In this document: in pieces, positions 54,821 to 64,000 of the stretch | Position numbering within the stretch: the first letter of the stretch is position 1 | How the letters are laid out: the number at the start of each line of letters is the position of its first letter | From: Eledone cirrhosa | Lineage: Eukaryota | Direction of reading: 5' to 3' | NCBI GenBank assembly: GCA_964016885.1 | Contig: OZ024751.1 | Location: 28,706,001 to 28,770,000, forward strand | DNA length: 64,000 bases | Position numbers and translations under genes: made by a program | The notes under the pieces: model-generated | What the model was told of the DNA's origin: nothing | The model's database searches: none | The model's input: the letters and a program-made list of their open reading frames with translations, nothing else

Positions 54821-54945
54821 TAGTGAAGGCATGTGGCTTAGTGGTTAGAGAATTAAATTTGCAATTGTGAGGGTGTGAGTTTAATTCCCAAACAGGGTGA
54901 TGTGTTATGTCCTTGAGCAAGACACTTTATTTTATATTGCTCCTG
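54821..54945 (+). mobile_element. SINE group B 5' half
   Basis: gaaggcatgtggcttagtggttagag...gagtttaattcc...gtccttgagcaagacactttattt. Confidence 0.85.
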
Positions 54946-55606
54946 CCAGGAGTTGCGATGGATAAATAGTTTCAGCAATGGAAAAACCAATGAAAACATT
55001 GTTTCCTCGGTCCAATTCGTTGAATTAAAATTAGAGGTACAGTCCATCCAATGTGCTTCTAAGCAGTTTCTATCAATCCAATGTCTATCACAAAGATTGG
55101 GTCTACCCAAAGCTATGGCAAAATGACATCTACCCAAGATACTACAGATATTTTACATTAGAATCGAACCTGGGACCTCATGATTGCAAGGTTGAACTTC
55201 TTAACCATCAGACTATCTACAGCCAGCCTACAGCCTACACACAGTGAATCTAAAAGCAGTGAAACCTTATAATCTAAACTGAAAACTGAAAATAAAACTT
55301 ATATAACAGACACTGGACAGGTCAAGCTACAATAGAACAATTTAATCTTACATCTCGTCTGCTTCTATTAGTAGTAGTAATAGCAGCTACTATTTATTAT
55401 TTCAATGGCAACAGTAATGGTGGTGATGCTAACAATGATGATGGTGACAATGATGATGGTGATGGTGATGACAATGATGGTGATAGTGGTGGTAGTGGTG
55501 GTGATTCGTGACAGTTGTCGTAGTAGTGGTGGCAGTAACGATGGTGGTGGTGTTGAAGATAACGATGATGATGACGACGGCGGCGAAGATGATGACGATG
55601 ATGACG

Positions 55607-55637
<31 letters not shown>

Positions 55638-55731
55638 AGATGATGATGATGGCGATGATGATGATAACAGTTATGATTATAATGAAGACTAGCAGCATTC
55701 ATTAGTAGCTGGAAACACAGTAGAGATACAG

Positions 55732-55776
<45 letters not shown>

Positions 55777-55927
55777 GATAGGGGGGAGAGAGAGAGAGGG
55801 AGAGAGAGAGCCATGGCAATGAAATACTAATTTAGTGCAGTAAGTAGGCTACAGGGTGAATATAAATATATAATGTACACATGTAACGTGTGAGTGTGTA
55901 TACATATATATGTGTATATATATATAC

Positions 55928-55983
<56 letters not shown>

Positions 55984-56135
55984 ATAATGTAATGTGTCAG
56001 TGTGTATATATATATATATGTATGTATATAATGTAATGTGTCAGTGTTTATGTGCATATATATAATGTAAATGTAAATGAGTGTATATATATATATATTG
56101 TGTGAGTGTATATGTGCATATATATAATGTAAATG

Positions 56136-56183
<48 letters not shown>

Positions 56184-56845
56184 GGAAAATATTTCTTTTG
56201 TAGATGTGAAAGTAGTAGAACTGACTATATATACACATACATACTTATACATATACACACAACTCCTCATACACACACACACACATATATATATATACAC
56301 ACATATACATATGTTCATACATAAACACATACATATATGCATATAATCACAGATGCATACATACATACATGCATACATACACAACCTCGTATATACACAC
56401 GCACGTTTAATGACATCATTTTAATAAAGAGAAGATAGGTATCTCTGAGTACATGATCAATGGAGATACTTCCCCAACTCCCCCAACCCCCTAAACCCAC
56501 CACACAGCTCACCCTCCACATACCTCACTCCCCCAAGAAAGTTTGGACAGGAACAGACTGTGGTAGAAAGATAATAAAGACTTGCTATGCTACATAAATA
56601 GATATTGGTGCTCTGTGTGTACATGTTGAGATATACTTTATGGATTAAAAGATGGATTGTCCTATAAACATGTAACTTCTTTCTAGAATCTGCTGTATTG
56701 ATATTGTCTGGACTTTGGAGAAAGGAGAACGTCAGGTTTAACCCTTTTCATATCAAACTGGCTAAAACCACCCTGGTTTTATGATACAGAACCATTTTTG
56801 AAATGTCCATACATATATGAAGACATCCCACCATATTTGTAATTA

Positions 56846-57106
56846 CTGTATATATACCTAAATATTGGGTCATTAAGTATGAAATTTGTAGAAATTTGCT
56901 TTCTTATCTACAAATTTCTACAAATTTCATACTTGACGACCCAATATACGCCAACCCCACTATTTTATGTCTGACGAATAGTCAAATATCCAAACCTTAT
57001 TTACATATAATTTAAAGTTAGTGAAAATCCTACAAAATATTGACCCTGAACATAAACCGACCCCTTCTGCCTTCAATTTTTTTGTCACATATTCGAGTAT
57101 ATACGG
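56846..57106. mobile_element. Tc2/pogo-like MITE with an internal hairpin (56862-56947)
   Basis: TA|CTGTATATATAC... and ...ATATTCGAGTATATACGG|TA termini. Internal arms are atattgggtc..aagtatgaaatttgtagaaatttg and caaatttctacaaatttcatactt..gacccaatat. Confidence 0.6.
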
Positions 57107-57124
57107 TATCTTTTGTTAAATAAT

Positions 57125-57309
57125 TGTTTCTATTTTTGGCACAAAGCCAGCAATTATCCCAGTGTATTACTGGTACTTTATTTTATTGACCCGTAAGGAT
57201 GAAAGGCAAAGTTAACCTCGGCGGGATTTGAACTCAGACCATAAAGGGCCGTAACTCTATGCTGCAAAGCATGGCGTGCGACCTTCAACCGATACTGCCA
57301 ATCCACCGC
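57125..57309 (-). mobile_element. tRNA-derived SINE, group A, with a 16-bp TSD
   Basis: A-box-like TGGCAGTATCGG and B-box GAGTTCAAATCC, core GCCTTTCATCCTTACGGG.TC.ATAAAATAAAGTACCAG (resembles the Nin/Deu SINE domain). TSD tcttttgttaaataat lies at 57109-57124 and 57310-57325. Confidence 0.93.
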
Positions 57310-58183
57310 TCTTTTGTTAAATAATGTTCCAAACATCAGCTTACTAATTCCAAAGTCAGATATTTTATTAAATTCTTCCAAATTCTTGATGACTTTTAAA
57401 ATCAATTGACACGCATAAGCAATGTACTTCATTAGAAATATGGTAATGAAGGGTTAAAGCTTCTAATTTCCATCACATAGCTGTCCCACAGGACACTGGC
57501 ATAGATAATATAATCCTTAGTTAAGTGTTAAGTATAAGAGTTTATCAGCTGGTTCTGAGTTCAATTCCGAGAGTAATTATATAGGTTGATTTATTCATTT
57601 TCTTTACAGCATACCTACGACGTTTTAGCAAAGCAAATAAATAATCAATGAGCTTCCTTCAGAGAAGTAATGTTGAAGATTAGTGAACATATGCTTTGCT
57701 GAAACATTCTAACTATGTTGTAAAGAAAATGAATAAATCAACAAAGCCAAATCTCTAAAATGCTGGCGTGCGGATAATCACTTATGTTATTTTATTTCTG
57801 TATGGAGGAATAGTTAAAAGTGTTTACACTTCATACTTAATTTGTTTTTTTCACAGTAAAAGCTTGTAATTAAACATTTTAAAAATAGTAGTTATATTGA
57901 CATTAAATTTATCCAAAAATCTTCATATAGATATGTGAGAGAAAAAGAGGGGGAAAGAGATAAGGGAGAGGGAGAGAGAGATAGGGAAAGAAAGAGAAGG
58001 GAGAGAAAGAGGATCAGAAAGAGAGAGGGAAGAGGGCAGAAGGAGAGAGAAGAAAGGGCGAGGAAAGAGGTGGAGAGAGAGAAAGATAGAGCGAGTGAGG
58101 GAGAGAGAGAGATAGGGAAAAAGAGAGAGAGAGAGAGTGAGTGAGAGAAAGAGAGGAGAGAAAGAGAGAGGAGAGAGAGATAG

Positions 58184-58230
<47 letters not shown>

Positions 58231-58462
58231 AATGTTGGAGAGGATTAATATAAAAATATTAAGCTTTTCACACTAAAACTCATACTTTCAATGACTACAA
58301 TTAACTCTACATAGTGACCTTTAACAAATGCACCTAATTCAGCCATGTTTAGCCTTGATATCATAACAAAATAATAACAATTATGTCAACTACCACACCC
58401 TTTTTATTAACATATTCATCAATTTACTCACAAATTTTCTTCATTCATTATTATACATGATT

Positions 58463-58900
58463 GGGCAATGGATTGGAAGAATCGGTAGAGCGTTGGATAA
58501 CTTGATTTGTGGCAAATAATTAGAGGTCTTTATGTACTGAGTTCAAATCCTATCGAAGTAAAATTTACTTATCATTCTTAAGGGGCTGATAAAATAAAGT
58601 ACCAGTAATGCACTGGGGTAATTCAATACTTTCCTCATTCCCCAAATTGTTGGCCTTGTGCCAAAAGTAGAAACAATTATTATATATGATTGAGTGGTTG
58701 GTTGGCAGAATCAGTAGAGTGTCAGACAACATGTTTTGCGGCATATAGTTGTATCTCTTCTCCTGAGTTCAAATCCCATCAAGGTTAGCTTTGCCTTTCA
58801 TCCTTACAGGGTAAAAAAAAATAAAGCACCAGTAACATACGAGGGTCCATTTAATCGACTTTCCTCGCCCAAAAAATCGTTGGCCTTGTGGCGAAACACT
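58463..58900 (+). mobile_element. Two SINE group A copies in tandem
   Basis: Two ttgg.agaatc.gtagag...ctgagttcaaatcc units. attattata.atgattg flanks the first copy. Confidence 0.85.
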
Positions 58901-59164
58901 TATTATACACTAGTGTTCGGCCCTAGTGGCCAATAAGGAACTTATTATTATATAGCATTGTATCCTCTCGTGTCTATATAATACTATATATTTCAATAGT
59001 ATAGTATTGTATAGATCTCAAGTTTATACAATACTTTACAATTTAATATTAGTGAAAAACACTCACATGCACACACAGAAAAAAATGTGATTATGAATGT
59101 CAGTAGGTTGTAAAGAGCAAGAGTTACATGTATGATCAGAAGGAAGGCAAATTAATTCTAGAAT

Positions 59165-59427
59165 TTAACCTTTTCATATTAAGAACCCCGAAACCATCCC
59201 TGCTTCTATAATAGAAAGAAATTTGTTTAAAATGTTTACATTTAAATTTAAACCTTCGATCATATTTTTATATAAGAAAATTTTATTAAGTTATGTTTGA
59301 AATGCCAGCTTAAAAATGTGGAAGCTGGTTATTTTACTAAATCCTTCAAAATACTTCCTTATTTTCCAAACTATTTGAAAATTATTGACAGTGTATTTCA
59401 TTACGAATACAGCAATGAATGAGTTAA
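59165..59427. mobile_element. piggyBac-like MITE, decayed
   Basis: ttaaccttttcatat...aatgaatgagttaa; internal similarity to 56742-57453. Confidence 0.5.
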
Positions 59428-59586
59428 ACATGATTCTATTCTTTTTAATTAAAAAATTAAGCTAAGATACTTCTATATAAGGTAAAAAAAAGGTAGGGGC
59501 TTTAATCTACTGAACCGACTGTTGCCAATGCAAGATTAATGACTATCAAACATTTACTAACTAAAATTAAATCTGGAAATTTGTCA

Positions 59587-59812
59587 AGATGGGTGAAGAA
59601 ATGCCAGGAGTTCCAAATGGAAAGAAGCGCCACAGAAAAACGAAGAAGACCAAGGTAAATGTGGGTAGATGAGGTGAGAGCTGATCTCAGGAAGTAGAAC
59701 CACACAAAGAAGATGATAAAGGGAAAGAAATAGGTGGAGAGATAATGTGATAAAGAAGACTCACCAACCTCATGCCAACAGGGGAAAAAAAATTGATGTA
59801 AAAACTATGATG
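59587..59812 (+). mobile_element. Older RTE 3'-end remnant
   Basis: gatgggtgaagaaatgccagga...agacca...tgggt...ggtgaga aligns by eye with 32185-32390 and ends in a degraded tail motif. Confidence 0.7.
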
Positions 59813-59885
59813 GCGATCATCCTCATTATATGCTGGTATGGGTTGGATGGAACTTTCTGAGGCAATGTTTTGGGGCATATATATA

Positions 59886-60070
59886 ATTGTTTCTACTTTT
59901 GGCACAAGGACAGAAATTACTCCAGTACATTACTGGTACTTTATTTTATCGACCCCGTAAGGATGAAAGGCATAATTAACCTCAGAGGGATTTGAACTCA
60001 GAATGTCAAGGGCCATAACTCTATGAGTCAAAGGATGGCGTCCGACCCTCTACCGATACTGCCAATCCAC
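59886..60070 (-). mobile_element. SINE group A, full length
   Basis: Matches 44428-44611 along its length. Confidence 0.9.
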
Positions 60071-60094
60071 CTGCAAATGTGTGTGTGTGTATAT

Positions 60095-60135
<41 letters not shown>

Positions 60136-60244
60136 GCACATGGCAAACAAACTTAAAATGTTGAAGATTAAAATAGTTTTTTAAAAAAAATATAATTAAA
60201 TAAAATAAAAGACAAATAAAAGCATGTGTTTATATATATATATA

Positions 60245-60572
60245 TCATCATTTTACGTCCGCTTTTCTCTGCTTGCAAGGGTGGGACGGGAACTGATTCT
60301 GGCTTGATTTCTACAGCTGGATGCCCTTCCTAACACCAACCTCATTTACAGTGAGTGCTGGGTGCTTTTTGCCGTGGCACCTCCACGACCACTTTGCAGT
60401 GGAATGATATAGACCCCAGTCCCTATCATCTCATTTCTACAGCTGAGTGAACTGGAGTAATGTGAAATAAAGTGTCTTGCTCAAGGAAACAACACATCAC
60501 CCGGTCTGAGAATTGAACACTCAACCTTTCGATTGCAAGGCCAATGCTCTAACCACTAAGCCATATGCTTCC
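60245..60572 (-). mobile_element. tRNA-derived SINE, group B, full length, with an RTE-derived 3' tail
   Basis: A-box TGGCTTAGTGG (60553-60563), B-box GTTCAATTC (60510-60518), central TCCTTGAGCAAGACACTT domain, and tail CCCGTCCCACCCTTGCAAGCAG.GAAAAGCGGAC.TAAAATGATGA matching LINE 32351-32395. Confidence 0.93.
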
Positions 60573-60577
60573 ATATA

Positions 60578-60616
<39 letters not shown>

Positions 60617-60631
60617 ATATATATATACATA

Positions 60632-60712
60632 CAGGGTGTCCCCCAAAAAAAATATACATACTTCAACACCATTCTATATGAATATGTGTATACACTTTTT
60701 TGGGACACCCTG
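60632..60712. mobile_element. Tc1/mariner-type MITE, 81 bp
   Basis: TA|CAGGGTGTCCC..AAAAAA ... TTTTTTGGGACACCCTG|TA. Confidence 0.88.
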
Positions 60713-60753
60713 TATATATATATATATATACACACATATATATATATATATAT

Positions 60754-60800
<47 letters not shown>

Positions 60801-61274
60801 TATATATATATGCATATATTGAGCAACAAACATTTCTAAATTATTACAAAAAAAGTTTCTGATGACTAAGCTAATTTGAAGGATATCTAGGTATATATGT
60901 ACAATTATCTATATATGTATACATATATATGCATATATTTGTAAATGTTTTAATGATAAGCCACTTAAAATACAAATATGTTTAGTATAATCGGTTTTAT
61001 TTTGTTCTCAGTTGAGCCACACCCTAGTACAGTTAGTTTAGTTGTTGTTGTTGTCTTTTTTGTTGTATTGTTTTGTTTTGTTTTGATTTATTGTGAACAG
61101 CTGATAGCAATGTAAGGGATGGTGGGTACGAGTGATGATGTGGTGCTGGTGGTGTGTCTGTGTGAGGGTGAAAGATGAGGGTGAATGGATATAAAAAATA
61201 TAAGTAAAAAAACTTTTTTTTAAATATCTGAATAAAAAAAAAATGAAACAAACTGAATTTAAATTCTTCCCCTC

Positions 61275-61474
61275 NNNNNNNNNNNNNNNNNNNNNNNNNN
61301 NNNNNNNNNNNNNNNNNNNNNNNNNNNNNNNNNNNNNNNNNNNNNNNNNNNNNNNNNNNNNNNNNNNNNNNNNNNNNNNNNNNNNNNNNNNNNNNNNNNN
61401 NNNNNNNNNNNNNNNNNNNNNNNNNNNNNNNNNNNNNNNNNNNNNNNNNNNNNNNNNNNNNNNNNNNNNNNNNN
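61275..61474. other. Assembly gap (200 N)
   Basis: Run of N. Confidence 1.
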
Positions 61475-62330
61475 GGTGTAGAGGGAGACATGGTGGTGAG
61501 AGAGAGTCATTAGAGCAGTGGACTAAATAGGAGTGGTGTAGAGGGAAACATGGTGGTGAGGGAGAGTCATTAGAGCAGTGGGACTAAATAGGAGTGGTGT
61601 AGAGGGAAACATGGTGGTGAGGGAGAGTCATTAGAGCAGTGGGACTAAATAGGAGTGGTGTAGAGGGAGACATGGTGGTGAGAGAGAGTCATTAGAGCAG
61701 TGGGACTAAATAGGAGTGGTGTAGAGGGAGACATGGTGGTGAGAGAGAGTCATTAGAGCAGTGGGACTAAATAGGAGTGGTGTAGAGGGAAACATGTGGT
61801 GAGGGAGAGTCATTAGAGCAGTGGGACTAAATAGGAGTGGTGTAGAGGGAAACATGGTGGTGAGGGAGAGTCATTAGAGCAGTGGGACTAAATAGGAGTG
61901 GTGTAGAGGGAGACATGGTGGTGAGGGAGAGTCATTAGAGCAGTGGGACTAAATAGGAGTGGTGTAGAGGGAGACATGGTGGTGAGGGAGAGTCATTAGA
62001 GCAGTGGACTAAATAGGAGTGGTGTAGAGGGAAACATGGTGGTGAGGGAGAGTCATTAGAGCAGTGGGACTAAATAGGAGTGGTGTAGAGGGAAACATGG
62101 TGGTGAGGGAGAGTCATTAGAGCAGTGGACTAAATAGGAGTGGTGTAGAGGGAGACATGGTGGTGAGGGAGAGTCATTAGAGCAGTGGGACTAAATAGGA
62201 GTGGTGTAGAGGGAGACATGGTGGTGAGGGAGAGTCATTAGAGCAGTGGGACTAAATAGGAGTATAGAGAAGTGGTGTAGAGAGATAGAACTGAGTTATT
62301 AGAGCAGTAGGACTAAATAAAAGTGATGTA
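61475..62330 (+). repeat. 61-bp minisatellite, at least 13 copies, abutting the assembly gap
   Basis: Unit ggtgtagaggga(g/a)acatggtggtgagggagagtcattagagcagtgggactaaataggagt. Confidence 0.95.
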
Positions 62331-64000
62331 GAGTCCAATATGTGGCAAGCATTTAAACTGGATCTCTGATTTGGGGATTACAATCCTCTCACCCTGTCAC
62401 AAGATTCAGACACCCTGAAAAAAGCTATGTGCATTGCCCTTCCATCCAACCAATATAAATATATATAGTGGTAGAAAAACTAGGGTCGAAAAAATGATAG
62501 GTTGTTCAAAGGTCCAGTTTTCACTCTTACACCTAATTAAGTCATAAGTCAGGGGACATTTCTACACTTCATGTCCTATAATCAGAGTTAAAAGGCCCTA
62601 ACCCCATTCAAGTTACATCTCTGATAGTTATAACTCAAACACCTTCAATCATGGGTCTACTGGAAACATTTGAACTAGGTCTCTGGTTTGGTGAGAGTAC
62701 CTTCTTTCCTCTTAACAATCTCAGAAGCTCTGAAAAGGGGTCATAAGGGCACTGCTTTTCTCTTCCTTTGTAAGCAGTAAAATAAATTTATAATAATAAA
62801 CCCCTTTTCTAATGGATCTAGAATCAAGCTTTGTGGTTTAATAAATAATTACTTTAAAGAGAGGTTTTAAAGTTAATGATTAAAAGGCTGTGTGCTTCTC
62901 TTTTCTACTTCTATTTTTATTTTCGTTAATTAAAATACAATACTAATTGATTAAAATTATAGTAGGTTATGCTAATTTGATAGAAAATGACAAATAATAC
63001 ACCACAAATTGATTAATCAATATCAATTTACCTAATATTTTCAATTTATAACTTTCCACTTAACAGAAATAGCACCAGATAACAATATGCTGTTGTTTTT
63101 TTTAACTCTGTAAAATCTAATTTAAATCATTTTCTGAAAGCTCTGTAGTTAAGAAGTTTGTTTTTGTAACCATCGGATTCCAGGTTTAATCCCATTGCTG
63201 CTTGGCCACTTTCAGCAACTGTCTTCTAAGCGAGAGGTTCAGGTTGTGAGGGAAGTGAAATTTGGTAGGCAGAAATTGTGTGGAAGCCTGTCATGTGCCC
63301 GTGTGTGTTGTATGGAGGCAAATAAAAAGTGTTGGTGCCAGGAAGGGCATCTGGCTATAGAGCATTACTTTAAAAAGGACCTTTATGATTATAAAACCTC
63401 TCATGGGACACACATGGCTAACCCTGCCTTTAATAAGGAAAATGGCCTCATAACACTTGTGTTAGAGTTAAGGTTAGTGATAGGGATGTGTTATTGTATG
63501 CACAAATATAGATGTGTATGTGTATGCATCAGTTCAAATTGGTGCTTCAAGTTACATCCCCTTTTCACCCAAAAAGGTAAAATTTAGCTATAATAAAAAA
63601 ATAAATAAAAAAAAATAAAAAAAAAAACAATTGATAAAACTGGTACAGGTACTAATGCCGAAATGATAAACTAAAACTCTTTGAAGGCTGATACTAATAA
63701 AATATATAGATATATATTTTTCCATTTACAGGGAAATTCGTATTTTCTGGAATGTTTACATGCCTACATATTAGATAGGTGTATATATTTATACACACTG
63801 ATGTAGTCTCAGTATATATATATATATATATAAACAAAAGCAAGTGAAATTTCTCCGGAACCATATAATAGCTTTAGACAATTCCATCAACATCTTGACT
63901 ATGCTGCTTTAAGATTCCTGGCCCTTCATTCTCATCTTTTGTATATCTATATTTACATTATTATTACTAGTAGTAGTAGTAGTAGTAGTAATAGTAATAG

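Larger units (their letters stand above)
56742..57453. mobile_element. piggyBac-like MITE carrying two nested insertions
   Basis: TTAA|CCCTT... and ...AAGGG|TTAA (TTAA at 56738-56741 and 57454-57457). Removing the inserts leaves about 250 bp, similar to related elements at about 59165-59427 and 36338-36575. Confidence 0.65.

Noticed and set aside
60500-60572. tRNA-like sequences with A and B boxes
   Set aside because: They continue directly into SINE bodies and lack a proper acceptor stem and terminator, so they are not tRNA genes.
61475-62330. G-rich tandem array beside the gap as a possible telomeric or subtelomeric repeat
   Set aside because: There are no TTAGGG units; it is an ordinary minisatellite whose true length is unknown because of the gap.

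Overview
AT-rich, very microsatellite-dense eukaryotic DNA that looks intronic or intergenic. Repeat content suggests a coleoid cephalopod such as Octopus (inference). I find no supportable host gene, and almost all listed ORFs are simple-repeat artefacts. Recognisable content: (1) a 5'-truncated, decayed RTE-clade LINE (29412-32416; AP endonuclease, RT, PHD-like finger, (TGA)n tail); (2) a minus-strand Penelope-like GIY-YIG endonuclease remnant missed by the ORF track (21411-21846), followed by a hammerhead ribozyme; (3) two tRNA-derived SINE groups, one carrying the RTE 3' tail; (4) hAT, Tc1/mariner-type and piggyBac-type MITEs; (5) several minisatellites, one built from a SINE A-box. The most notable signal is a recurring architecture of long fold-back palindromes inside (TA)n tracts that carry minimal type-I hammerhead ribozymes (29010-29390, 40068-40209, 53061-53511). 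Two of these ribozymes show compensatory base changes in stem II. All motifs were read and folded by eye; family names come from memory, not from database searches.
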